Shown here one piece after another: positions 1 through 10,936 of a stretch of DNA of 64,000 bases. The notes beneath the pieces are model-generated. The model searched no databases and was not told the DNA's origin. It saw only the letters and a program-made list of their open reading frames with translations. Location: contig NW_026851649.1 of the NCBI RefSeq assembly GCF_026571515.1, positions 1-64,000 of the forward strand, in the 5' to 3' direction. Origin of the DNA: Ruditapes philippinarum. Its lineage: Eukaryota. Each line of letters opens with the position of its first letter. The first letter of the stretch is position 1. The position numbers and the translations under genes were made by a program.

Positions 1-107
1 AATATAACATTTTTAAAAGCAAAAAATTCTTAAAGAGGAGATAACTCTTGAATTAAAGATGCAATTTCATAAAAAAATTTCAGCTCTTTTTGACTAATCA
101 CAAATAA

Positions 108-795
108 TGTTATATTTGCCATGTTTTAAGCCTATTTGTTGCCAACGCAACCAATATTTTTTCAAAATAGGGAGAACAGATAAGACATGCATAATCTCAA
201 GACTGCCATCTACCCATATGTCAAGTTTCATAAAAATATTTCCAGTACTTTTTGAGTTATCACTGGATTCAGTGTATGTGTAAAATTTGCCATATTTTCA
301 GTCTATGTGTTGCCATAGCAACCAGAATTTTCAACATAGGAAGAAAAGAAAAAGACGTGCATAATCTCCAGACTGCCATCTACCCATATTACAAGTTTCA
401 TAAAAATATTTCTATTACTTTTTGCGTTAACACAGGATCCAGTTTATATGTAAAATTTGCCATATTTTCAGTTTATTTGTTGCCATAGCAACCAGAATTT
501 TCAACATAGGAAGAAAAGAAAAAGACGTGCATAATCTCCAGACTGCCATCTACCCATATTTCAAGTTTCATAAAAATATTTCCAGTACTTTTTGCGTTAT
601 CACTGGATCCAGTTTACGTGTAAAATTTGCCATATTTTAAGCCTATTTGTTGCCATAGCAACCAGAAAGCAACCAGAATTTCTACATAGGATGAAAAAAA
701 AAGACGTGCATAATCTCCATACTGCCATCTATCCATATATCAAGTTTCATAAAAATATTTTCAGTACTTTTCAAGTTATTGCGGGATCCAGTTTT
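108..795. repeat. Tandem satellite array, ~170-bp monomer x4 (first monomer degenerate)
   Basis: Direct repetition with period 170 read in the sequence. Each monomer contains the palindromic core TGTTGCCATAGCAACCAGAAT. Confidence 0.85.
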
Positions 796-796
796 G

Positions 797-872
797 TGGA
801 CGGACGGACTGACGGACTGACAGACAGACGGACGGACGGACAGACGGACAGACAGACAGACGGACGGAGGGT
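797..872. repeat. (GGAC[G/A]GAC)n tetranucleotide-derived microsatellite
   Basis: GGACGGACGGACTGACGGACTGACAGACAGACGGACGGACGGACAGACGGACAGACAGACAGACGGACGGA read directly. Confidence 0.9.
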
Positions 873-1446
873 AAACCTAAAGTCCCCTCCGGTAAACCGG
901 TAGGGGACTAATAAAAAGACTGCTCCACTCAGTGAAAATTACCTTTATTATAAATTACAAAGGATATTTATAGAAATTTTCCTGAGTTTTTTGAGTTGAT
1001 GATTAGTGTATTAAATTGAAAAGTTTATGATTCATTTCACTCATCAGGGGATAAGCTGCTTTAAAGAGAACAGTTTGAGAATGATCTTGCAAGGTTTATA
1101 TTTGTCAATTCTTAAAATGCAGAAATTTAAAGTATGAAAACTTTACGACTTTTCATATCATACATGTATATATAACAGAATTTTATGGACCTGGGTGTTT
1201 CCACCTTTTTTAAAGGAAATATTTTAGGTCACCATGCAAACATTAAAGATGTCAAGTAAAATATTAAGTTAAATTTGATATGCCTATGTATTTATCAAGG
1301 AAATTATATTTAAGGACAGTTAAAAAAATTGGTTTTAAAAAGTCATGTTTGTTTGCGAGTCAGGTAATTATGTGATATACCGTAACTTAATTTTAGTTGG
1401 TCAGGCTTTCCTTGATAACTTAGATCAGTAATTTTACCAATTTCTC

Positions 1447-3135
1447 TGTGAGCGACCAATTATAAACAAGAGGGCCATGATGGCCCTAGATCGCTCACCT
1501 GAATTATCAAACTCATCCAAACAATTACCTAGACAAGCATTCTGACCAAGTCTCATGACAGGTGAGTCAAAAATGTGACCACTACAGTGTTAACAAGGAT
1601 TATCCATATTTGAGCAGTGCGACCTAGTTTTTTACCCAGGTGACACATATTCAAACTTGACCTAGAAATCATCAAAACAAACTTTCAGACCAATTTCCAG
1701 GATACTTGGATCAAAATAGTAGCAACTAGAGTGTTAACAAGATTTTTCTATTTTTAGCTCCGGTGACCTAGTTTCACATGCGATTTCGAACTCATCCAAG
1801 CAATTACCTAGACAAACATCCTGACCAAGTTTGATGATAATTGAGTCGAAAATGTGACCACTAGAATGTTAACAAGGTTTTTCCATATTTGGGCGGTGTG
1901 ACCTAGTTTTTCATCCAAGATGACCCATGTTCGATCTTGACTTAGAAATCATCAAAACAAACTTTCAGACCAATTAACAGAATATTTGGATCACAACAGT
2001 AGCCACTAGAGTGTTAACAAGATTTTTTCTATTTTTAGCTCCTGTGACCTAGTTTTTCATCCGAAATGTCCCATGTTCGATTTATTCCCAGCAATGACCT
2101 AGACAAGTTTCCTGACCAAGTTTGATGACAATTGAGTCAAAATTGTGACCACTAGAGTGTTAACAAGGTTTTTCTATTTTTAGCTCCTGTGACCTAGTTT
2201 TTCATCCGAGATGACCCATGTTTCGAACTCATCCGAGCTATCACCTAGACAAGCATCTTGATCAAGTTTGATGATGATTGATGCAAAAATGTGACCGCTA
2301 AAGTGTTAACAAGGTTTTTCTATTTTTTAGCTCTGGTGACCTACTTTTTCATCCGAGATGACCCATGTTCGAACTCATCCAAGCTATCAACTAGATAAGC
2401 ATCCTGACCAAGTTTGATGATGATTGATGCAAAAATGTGACCACTAGAGTGTTCACAAGGTTTTTTCTATTTATAGCTCCGGTGACCTAGTTTTTCATCC
2501 GAGATGACCCATATTCGAACTCATCCGAGCTATTATCTAAACAAGCATCCTGACAAAGTTTGATGATGATTGGGTCAAAAATGTGACCACTAGAGTGTTC
2601 ACAAGGTTTTTCTATTTTTAGCTCCTGTGACCTAGTTTTTCATCAGAGATGACCCATGTTCGAACTCATCCAAGCAATTGACTAGACAAGCATTCTGACC
2701 AAGTTTGATGATGATTGGTTCAAAAATGTGACCACTAGAGTGTTCACAAGGTTTTTCTATTTATAGCTCCTGTGACCTACTTTTTCATCCGAGATGACCC
2801 ATGTTCGAACTCATCCAAGCTATCACCTAGACAAACATCCTGACCAAGTTTGATGATGATTGGGTCAAAAATGTGACCTCTAGAGTGTTCACAAGGTTTT
2901 TCTATTTTTAGCTCTTGTGACCTAGTTTTTCATCCGAGATGACCCATGTTCGAACTCATCCGAGCTTTCAACTAGATAAGCATCCTGACCAAGTTTGATG
3001 ATGATTGAGGCAAAAATGCGACCGCTAGAGTGTTCACAAGTAATTGTGGACGGCCGGACGGACGACGGACGACGGACGACGGACATTCACCGATCCTAAA
3101 AGCTCACCCTGAGCAAGCTCAGGTGAGCTAAAAAA
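1447..3135. mobile_element. Family-B satellite-carrying non-autonomous element, copy 1 (Helentron/HINE-like candidate)
   Basis: The 5' end CAAGAGGGCCATGATGGCCCTAGATCGCTCACCTG matches the 5' end of the second copy at 26161. It is followed by an internal tandem array and a (GGACGGAC/GACGGAC)n microsatellite at 3047-3085. The 3' end is the hairpin AGCTCACCCTGAGCAAGCTCAGGTGAGCT plus an A-run, matching 27424-27438. Confidence 0.6.
1700..3045. repeat. Tandem array, ~146-bp monomer (about 9 copies), preceded by a ~300-bp higher-order variant
   Basis: Marker GTGACCACTAGAGTGTT recurs at about 1848, 2149, 2291, 2437, 2583, 2729, 2873 and 3019. That gives spacing 301, 142, 146, 146, 146, 144 and 146. 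Confidence 0.85.
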
Positions 3136-3578
3136 CAATATGTTAATTTCTATATTTAAGTTTGAAAGATTACAATGTATACCAAAATATAAACAAAGTT
3201 ACTATGATTTATCATAATTATGTTATTACAGCATTCTTACATATAGTTCCCAAAGCAACTTTCAAATATTATTCTTACAAAGTAGGTTATTAAATGGCAT
3301 ATGTTTGAATGATTTGATACACAATAACTTATAAATTTGAGTTTTTTTTTGTTTGTTTGTTTGTTTGTTTTTTTTTCTTCCAGGATTAATTTTCAAACGT
3401 CATTATCAGACCCCTCAGGCAATATGTATATTTAAGTTTTGAAGGGGCCTTATACACATTGCTACATATCTGATCTATTCAGCTACAGGTCTTTTATGTT
3501 GGGTGTATATTTCCATTTTTTCTTATTGTATAGATTTGAAGGGAATGCTTCAATTGTTGAAGATATTACTCAAACAAA

Positions 3579-4481
3579 ATGGTACGAGACAGACTGAAAG
3601 AGTTACAGGAAAAACATGAACAATTTTGCAAGAATGACAACCACCAGACAGAAGGAGGTAAAATTGTCGCACGTTATTCAAACTCTGAAATACAACTTGA
3701 CTTATGTCTCCATAAAGTGACACAAATAAGTAAAAAGATAATCGCAATAACAAATGACGTAGAACATTTAGAGCACCTGCAAAAAGACATCATAGCAAAT
3801 CCATTATTAGATCACAACGAAGTTGTGCGGCTCGAAAGATCGTCTGATGTAATATTCAATACATCGGCTGCGATACAGAAAGAAATAAGTGAATATCGAG
3901 CAGAGGTGGTTCAGATGCAGATGCAAAAGTCTCACGAAATTGTGATTAAGAATCATCTAAACAAATTAGAAAGTGATTTAACAAAAGCGAGAAATGATTT
4001 CAGAGCGGCACAAGTAGATTATATAGAAAAGACCCAAAAATTACATCAGAGGGAGTACGACATAATGACAGGACATGATGATGATCACCATGACGACCAT
4101 GACAAAACCCACTCCCCATTACCTGCAGAGTTCCTAGGTGATTATTTTGTCCAGGCCGAGGATGCAAAAGCAGAACTACGTGAAATCAAGGCTAGAGATA
4201 AGCAGATAAAGAAAGTTGAAGAAAGCGTGATTCAAGTGAATCAACTATTTAAAGAAGTTAATAGTTTATTAAAAGAGCAAGGGGAAAAAATTGATACCAT
4301 AGAGAAACATGTGGAGAACAGTGTGGACTATGTGCAGGAAGCAAATGTTGGATTAAAGCAAGCAAAGAAATACCAGAAAATTACGAGGAAACATAAAATA
4401 TATTGTGTGGGTGTTTTAGTGGCTATATTAGCCGTTACTGTACTTCTTGTTGTCATAGTGATTACTTCTCAAACAGATTAA
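3579..4481 (+). CDS. Syntaxin-1-like Qa-SNARE (t-SNARE), complete and intronless, 300 aa, C-terminal TM anchor
   Basis: The N-terminus MVRDRLKELQ resembles syntaxin-1 MKDRTQELR. The SNARE motif IKARDKQIKKVEESVIQVNQLFKEVNSLLKEQGEKIDTIEKHVENSVDYVQEANVGLKQAKKYQKITRKHKI aligns with syntaxin-1A [72 protein letters not shown]. A hydrophobic tail IYCVGVLVAILAVTVLLVVIVI precedes the stop. The whole protein sits in one ORF. A (GTTT)n run and a TTCTTCCAG acceptor-like site lie upstream (3330-3385), so a 5'UTR intron is possible. Confidence 0.85.
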   Translation: MVRDRLKELQEKHEQFCKNDNHQTEGGKIVARYSNSEIQLDLCLHKVTQISKKIIAITNDVEHLEHLQKDIIANPLLDHNEVVRLERSSDVIFNTSAAIQKEISEYRAEVVQMQMQKSHEIVIKNHLNKLESDLTKARNDFRAAQVDYIEKTQKLHQREYDIMTGHDDDHHDDHDKTHSPLPAEFLGDYFVQAEDAKAELREIKARDKQIKKVEESVIQVNQLFKEVNSLLKEQGEKIDTIEKHVENSVDYVQEANVGLKQAKKYQKITRKHKIYCVGVLVAILAVTVLLVVIVITSQTD

Positions 4482-4639
4482 ATTAACCGATAGATAGCAA
4501 ATATGTGTTTGAACATAAATTATTAAACAAAAAGAAGTGTAAACAAGCAATTATCATAGTATTGCAAGCAATCCATAAGTCCCCTACCGGTTATAACCCC
4601 ATCAACATTCTGAAGGGCCATTTATTGGAAAAGTTCTTT

Positions 4640-5635
4640 AAAAGTGATCACAGGAAACAGTTTTTATGAACAGACAGACAGACGGACTGAAGGACACTCT
4701 AAGTTAATATTTGAAACATCCCTGTTACCAAAATATAACATTATTAAAAGCAAAATTCTTAAAGAGGAGATAACTCTTGAATTAAAGATGCAATTTCATA
4801 AAAAATTTCAGCTCTTTTTGACTTATCACAAATATTGTTATATTTGCCATGATTTAAGCCTATTTGTTGCCAAGGCAACCAATATTTTTTCAATATAGGA
4901 AGAACAGATAAGACATGCATAATCTCAAGACTGCCATCTACCCATAAGTCAAGTTTCATAAAAATATTTCCAGTACTTTTTGAGTTATCACTGGATTCAG
5001 TTTATGTGTAAAATTTGCCATATTTTCAGTCTATGTGTTGCCATAGCAACCAGAATTTTCAACATAGGAAGAAAAGAAAAAGACGTGCATAATCTCCAGA
5101 CTGCCATCTACCCATGTAAAAAAGTTTCATAAAAATATTTCTATTACTTTTTGCGTTAACTCTGGATCCAGTTTATGTGTAAAATTTGCCATATTTTCAG
5201 TCTATTTGTTGCCATAACAACCAGAATTTTCAACATAGGAAGAAAAGAAAAAGACGTGCATAATCTCCATACTGCCATCTATCTATATATCAAGTTTCAT
5301 AAAAATATTTTCAGTACTTTTCAAGTTATCGCGGGATCCAGTTTTGTGGACGGACGGACTGACGGACAGACAGACAGACAGACGGACATCCGGCCGAAAT
5401 GGAATAAGGGGCCATTTCATTTGTTATTTTCTATTGTTTAATAAAGGGCCAATGGCCCCTTACTCTATTGTTAGGGAATGAACTCTATTGTTAGGGAATG
5501 AACTCTATTGTTCTCTTTTGTTCTGTTTACAGTTAGATTGCCCCCTTTCCTTATTCGGTAATGCGGACAGACAGACGGACGGAGGGTAAACCTTAAGTCC
5601 CCTCCGGTAAACCGGTAGGGGACTAATAAAGTACA
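4640..5635. mobile_element. Family-A satellite-carrying element, copy 2 (direct repeat of 1-915)
   Basis: 4730-5010 aligns base-for-base with 3-290. Three ~170-bp monomers run 4838-5340. A microsatellite at 5340-5390 is interrupted by a 170-bp insert carrying 3x GAATGAACTCTATTGTTAGGG (5466-5530) and resumes at 5565-5585. The terminal hairpin AGTCCCCTCCGGTAAACCGGTAGGGGACT lies at 5596-5624. Confidence 0.6.
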
Positions 5636-6272
5636 AACCAACTTGATTTTGATTTCTTTTTTTAAGGTTAAATCAAGTAATCAATAAATACTATAAATGC
5701 AACCTTATAGAAGATATTATTCGCATTTATCATCAGTTTTCAAGAAAAGTCATATGTAACTTATTAAGTTGAGCTGTTTGGAGGAAATCTTCCATTCTTT
5801 TATTATTTTTTTTTGAAAAATTCTAAAGATAAAACTGTCAAGTTTTAGCAACTAGTTTTAGTTTTTAGCAAAATACAAAGCCTTTATTTAGCCTCTTTAT
5901 CATGCAAAACTAAATTAACAAGAGTCATTTATTTCATTTGACTTATCCCATGCATGAATCATGTTGTTTTTGTTTTTTTTAAGTTAAACACAGTTAACAA
6001 TTAACACCCCTCCAAACAAGGAACATGTGCTTTGAAAATTTAACACTCTTAATAATATATTTGAGCTGCGCCATGACAAAACCAACATAGTGCGTTTGCG
6101 CAGCGCAGTCTGATCAGAATCCATGCTGTTTGCAATCAATTTCTCTACTTGTAATAGGGTTTGTAAGCAAACAGCATGGATCCAGCACAGATGCGCAGGG
6201 TGGTCTGGATCCATGCTGGTTGAAAACGCAATATGTTGGTTTTGTGATGGCGTGGCTCAATTATGTACTCAC

Positions 6273-6413
6273 TATTTCTAGAGTTTCAACATCCCCTTTT
6301 ATATCCTCAATAAACTCAGACAGAGTATTGTATATGTCCTCTGCCTGAACCATAGAGCAACTTTCCTGAATCTCACCTCTCTTAATAATATCTTTCACTA
6401 TAGCTATTGGGTC
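6273..6413 (-). CDS. Probable further 3' exon of the same gene
   Basis: Acceptor is TATGTTTTCAG|GAC and donor is GAAATA|GTGAGT. The exon is 141 bp, phase 0. Translation DPIAIVKDIIKRGEIQESCSMVQAEDIYNTLSEFIEDIKGDVETLEI. Confidence 0.4.
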
Positions 6414-6726
6414 CTGAAAACATAATAACACATATAATCATGAAGATGAATATAAATAAGCTCATTAAAAAGTCTTTATTATCATATTCTAAAATCATGA
6501 AAAGTTTAAATAAATTTTATTCTGTAGTGTTTTTAATCTGCTATAAAAACAAAATATCTATAATGGAATATTTAGCATCAGTCATGTTCTAATTGTAAAA
6601 CAGTTCAAGACCCTTTAGAATCAAATAAATTTTCTACATATAGGTCTTACAAAAATGTTGTTTTATCACTGAAAACAGTAAAATAATGCAACCTGAAGTG
6701 AATGTTTTAACTAATTTTTTGTATAC

Positions 6727-6837
6727 CTCATCTTTATCTTCAACACCTGGTTTCCAGCTTATGTATGGTAAAATGTCCACTGTTTCCTTCTCAATGAGAT
6801 CAGCTATGGAAGGAATTATGGAAACATCATGTTCATC
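6727..6837 (-). CDS. Probable further 3' exon of the same gene
   Basis: Acceptor is TTACTATTTTCAG|GAT and donor is GATGAG|GTATAC. The exon is 111 bp, phase 0. Translation DEHDVSIIPSIADLIEKETVDILPYISWKPGVEDKDE. Confidence 0.45.
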
Positions 6838-7639
6838 CTGAAAATAGTAACCAAGACATTTAATTACCAAGCTTAATTTGTACTATTACTCCAGATACAT
6901 ATAGTAGAGTTCTATATGACTAAAAGCCTTAGATAATAACAGTGTTCCCCTTTAAAAGTTCTGTTAAAGGGATTCCACTGAGGGTGTTTTTTTGACGATA
7001 TTGAAAATCATTTCTCTAGAATCTATTTGATGTAGGTCTATACTAATCAATAGGGATGGCAACGAATACCAAAATCAATACTCGAGTACTCGGTCATTTT
7101 TCCGATCGAGTACTCGGTTACTCGGATGATTTCCAATGATCTCACGATATCAACACCGTCTGCATGCTACTTTCGTTTTCTATTTTAATTCATAGAATTC
7201 GTAACTATAAATAGGACTGCAAGAAATACATATATAAATATAAACATAAGAAATGTCAATGGCAACATTTATTATATACCTTCAAATTTTCTCCCTAAAA
7301 TACAGGATGAACTTGAAGCGCAAATACGCTTCAACGGATAGAAAATTCCGTATTATGGTTAGTGACAAATACGGTACGATATATGGAAGTGCCGGACTAT
7401 TTTTGACGTTGGTTCCGATCTTAGCTGTGTATAAACGTAGCATTTGGAAACGGAAACCAAAATTATAAAAGGCGTGTACGGTTTTGCAAAATTACGTATT
7501 CATCCGTTGGTCATAAATTTATTTCTCGACAGCTACATTTCATTTTCTGAAACTTCTTATAGAAGTGAAGTTTAATGAAAATCATTTATAATTCAAACGA
7601 AAAGGTATATAACAAGAGCTGTCAGAAGGACAGCGCGCT

Positions 7640-8530
7640 CGACTTTTTTAGTGCTTGCCTATAAAACAAAACTTTGACAGTTAAGGGCACACAAGACTTT
7701 AACTAGGAATTTCTAAGTACAAATCAAGAAACATTTTCACAGAGTTATCTTCTCTTGCTTACAGATAGGTCTCATGATGGCACATAAGAACTCCAACTTC
7801 CAAAGTAATATCTCAAATGGTTAAGTCAACAAGTGGACAAGAATGAAAATCTTAACTGAGTTTCTAAGTCAAAAAGGGCCATAATTCAAATAAAATCCTT
7901 AACAGAATTACCTTCTCCTGCCCATGTTTTGGGACCATGATGGTAAACAAGTATTCCAACTTTCAAATTAATATCTCAAACAGTTCAGTCAAAAAGTGGA
8001 CTGGTACTAAAAACTTAACCAAGATTCTAAGTCGATAAAAGGCCTTAATTTTTAAAACAAATCCTTGACAGAGTTACCTTCTCTTGCGTACAGATGGGGG
8101 TAATGATGTGAAATAGCATTAAAAGTTTCAAAGCAATATCTCAAAGGGTTAAGGCAATAAGTGGATTTTACCCATATTCAATGTATTTTCTAAGTCAAAA
8201 AGGGGCATAATTCTGTCAAAAACCTTGACAGAGTTATGTCCTCTTGTCTGTTGATGAAGGTCGTGATGGTAAACAAGTATGGTCAGTTTCAAAGCAATAC
8301 CTCCAATGGTTTTGAAATAAAGTGAGGTGGTACAAAAAACTTAACCAAGCTCAATACACTTTCTAAGTCAAAAAAGGGCCATAATTCTGTCAAAAACCTT
8401 GACAGAGTTATGTACTCTTGTCTGTAGATGGAGGTTATGATGGTGAACAAGTATGGTAAGTTTCAAAGCCATACTTGTAATACTTCTGAAATAAAGTGGG
8501 GTGGTACGAAAAACTTAACCAAGGTGTGAC
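7640..8530. repeat. Internal tandem array of the hAT element, ~166-bp monomer (about 5 copies)
   Basis: Marker CTAAGTC(A/G)A(A/T)AAAGGGCC recurs at about 7865, 8029, 8190 and 8362. Confidence 0.8.
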
Positions 8531-8534
8531 GCCA

Positions 8535-8572
8535 ACGCCGACGCTAACGCCGACGCCGACGCCGGGGCGAGT
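8535..8572. repeat. (GACGCC)n-like hexanucleotide microsatellite
   Basis: GACGCCAACGCCGACGCTAACGCCGACGCCGACGCC read directly. Confidence 0.85.
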
Positions 8573-9461
8573 AGGATAGCTCCCCTTTTCATAGAAAAGT
8601 CGAGCTAATAAAAGGACAAATATGTTGTAGCCTATGCATTTTTCTACTCGCAATGTTGGAAAATTGATATTTCGCTCGACCTTCGGTCTCGTAAGATATC
8701 AATTTTTCCACCACGTTTATACAATTAACAAGTTTCGGCTACAAACTGTCTAATAGTTAAAGGTGGTTAAATATCATAAGAGGCCGAATGACGTAAACGA
8801 CACAGGACTGGGTTCAATCCCATACGCGTGTCAAAATGCTGATCGCATCGTTAAACTTACGATATCATATTCACACCTCTGGAAGGATGTTTTGATTGCA
8901 CTTAACAAGTATTTATACAATAGATACGTGTACATTTCCGAATTTCTGAACTAATCTTTCTAAATGGCAAAAAAAAGTAGAAATTATTAATTTTTTTTTT
9001 CGAGTAATCGAATATCAATTTTGTTAACCGATATTCGGACATTCGATCGAGTACTCGGTTAATCGGTTACTCGTTGCCATCCCTACTAATCAAATAATTT
9101 CTGTGCAAAATTTCAGATCATTCCCTCACTCAGCTTTCCAGAATATATATTCTATTTGTGAAGATTGACCCAAGTTTGAGAACTGTTTCAATGCTTTTCA
9201 CTCAATTTTGGCTATGAATAGCACTAAAATATGATTCCTTGTTTATTTCTGAGTATATTTCTTAATTATCTTTTGCATTTAAGTGCCCAAGCTGATCTAT
9301 GTAAGAAATTCAAACTTTATGTTTTGACATATTTGGGATTCAGTGGAGTTACTTTAAATGTAAAAACGTCAAACAATAATAATCAGAATAATAATCTTAA
9401 TATTTGACAGAGTTCAAAACACATGGTAGTTTAAAGAAATTGTGTTTTCACACAATATTAC

Positions 9462-9563
9462 CTGATGCCTGTCCTCTATTGCCACAAAGCTGGTGTATGG
9501 AGTCACTATACTGTGTTTCTTACTCAAGTCAATGATGTACTGTTTCCTCTCATTTTTGATCAC
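9462..9563 (-). CDS. PARP4-like exon (C-terminal region)
   Basis: Acceptor is CACTTACTAG|GTG and donor is CATCAG|GTAATA. The exon is 102 bp. Translation VIKNERKQYIIDLSKKHSIVTPYTSFVAIEDRHQ. The VTPYTSFVAIED motif resembles the VTPLTSMV segment conserved after the VWA domain in the ITIH/VWA5A family. Confidence 0.6.
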
Positions 9564-10115
9564 CTAGTAAGTGAAAAGAATGATAGATAAAATCTTATGT
9601 CAAATTGTGATGAAATTTTCATCGAAACAAATTACAAATTATAAGATGCTGTATAAATCTAAATGGCCATGATGGACCTATCAATGCTAACCTTTAGAGA
9701 AAACTACCTTGCTTATGTTCAATAGAATGTAAACATAATCTGAGCATAAATCAACAAGATACCGTATTTGCATTTAACAACCCCCCCCCCCCCTACTAGC
9801 GCCACAAACCACATATTATAGAAGAAAAAGATCTTAAAATCTTACCTTATAGATTTATAAACCATGATGAATGAGCAATTAACAAAAAACAATTAAGGAC
9901 ACTCCATTAATGTTAAATCATTATAAAAGATAATCCTGTATTATATATATAATCATAATATTCAATGATTTTTTTAATTGAATTGTAACTTAAATTAACA
10001 TATTTTGAAGCATATTTTTATAACCACGACAAAATACGTGCATGACCATGCCATACCATTGTAACTGAGTCGCAAAAGCAGCACAGCAATGTGATATACA
10101 TGTAAATAGATTTAC

Positions 10116-10196
10116 CTGATGTTTGATCCTGTCATCGTCCAGGGTTCCATTCTCATAGTCTGTAATCACTGCCCTAGCTGTTAACTGATGTAACAT
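10116..10196 (-). CDS. PARP4-like exon (C-terminal region; acceptor ambiguous between 10196 and 10184)
   Basis: Donor is CATCAG|GTAAAT. Translation ...LTARAVITDYENGTLDDDRIKHQ. Confidence 0.45.
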
Positions 10197-10482
10197 CTGT
10201 AACATGTTTTATATATTAATATAAAATGAATAGCTTTAAACATTTCAATCAAAAACCACATTCATAAAAAACATAAATGTAGTTTTCTAACAGTGAGTCA
10301 CCAGATTATTGTAGTTCATACACAGACAATGCATAAAAATATATAAGGATGTAACAGCAGACTTTTATTTTATACACATGCAATGCATAGAATTATCCAA
10401 AGATGTAACATAAAAAGGAATATATAATAAAGTTAAGAATAAATTAAATATATTTAAGGTCAATTAGCATGAAGAAAATGCA

Positions 10483-10760
10483 ACAGTCGCTGTGGTGTAG
10501 TGGTTAGTATACTGGACCGGCAATCCAGACACCCGTGGTTCAAGTTCCTGCTGTGCCCAGCCAACTTTTCATGTGACTTTTCTGTCTGTGTATATATATA
10601 TGTGTACAGGCTCCTTACAACAAAATTATACCTTCCTTAAGTGGGCTAGATAGCTTCCTCACATGAAAGAAGTCCATGATGGGATTCCAACCAACAGCTG
10701 CGAAAGAACAAATGATTTGAAGGCAACAAACTTAACCGCTCAGCCAAGGAGGTCCTAATG
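10483..10760 (+). mobile_element. tRNA-derived SINE
   Basis: The 5' head GTCGCTGTGGTGTAGTGGTTAGTATACTGGAC...GTGGTTCAAGTTCC carries tRNA A-box and B-box-like motifs, but does not fold as an intact tRNA. Confidence 0.5.
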
Positions 10761-10855
10761 ATATTGCTGGTTCTTTATTTGATAAAAAGTTTTATCATAT
10801 AAGATCATGACAACTTTGTATTACAGCAACATTAAACAGGTGAAATAAAACTTAC

Positions 10856-10936
10856 TGTTCCAGTTGTTATATTGAGATCCACAGTTGACACCATTGTAGA
10901 TATTTCATTATTACCAACCTTGGCCTTTAGTGTTGC
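10856..10936 (-). CDS. PARP4-like exon (C-terminal region)
   Basis: Acceptor is TTATTTTCAG|GCA and donor is GGAACA|GTAAGT. The exon is 81 bp. Translation ATLKAKVGNNEISTMVSTVDLNITTGT. Confidence 0.5.

Larger units (their letters stand above)
1..915. mobile_element. Family-A satellite-carrying non-autonomous element (Helentron/HINE-like candidate); 3' portion, 5' part cut by window edge
   Basis: Co-linear with the second copy at 4730-5630. Holds ~170-bp tandem monomers (marker GTAAAATTTGCCATATTTTCAG at 281, 451, 621), then a (GGACGGAC/GGACAGAC)n microsatellite at 797-872. A 29-nt perfect hairpin AGTCCCCTCCGGTAAACCGGTAGGGGACT at 881-909 and TAATAAA follow. Confidence 0.6.
7051..9085. mobile_element. 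Non-autonomous hAT-type DNA transposon (~2.0 kb) inside an intron of the PARP4-like gene
   Basis: Terminal inverted repeats are TAGGGATGGCAACGA at 7051 and TCGTTGCCATCCCTA ending at 9085. A perfect 8-bp target-site duplication CTAATCAA lies at 7043-7050 and 9086-9093. The subterminal palindrome CGAGTACTCGG is reiterated at both ends. No transposase ORF is present. Confidence 0.8.

Noticed and set aside
592-903. ORFs 252-488, 592-903 and 5175-5441 within the 170-bp satellite and the GGAC microsatellite (the latter giving TDGLTDRRTDGQTDRQTDG repeats)
   Set aside because: They are repeat-derived open frames. The same 'protein' recurs with every monomer and there is no start or stop context.
10483-10560. 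Possible bona fide tRNA gene (GTCGCTGTGGTGTAGTGGTTAG...)
   Set aside because: The acceptor and T stems do not base-pair (no 3' complement to GTCGCTG; the T-arm is GTGGTTCAAGTTCCTGC). It is followed by a SINE-like body, so it is a tRNA-derived SINE head rather than a functional tRNA.
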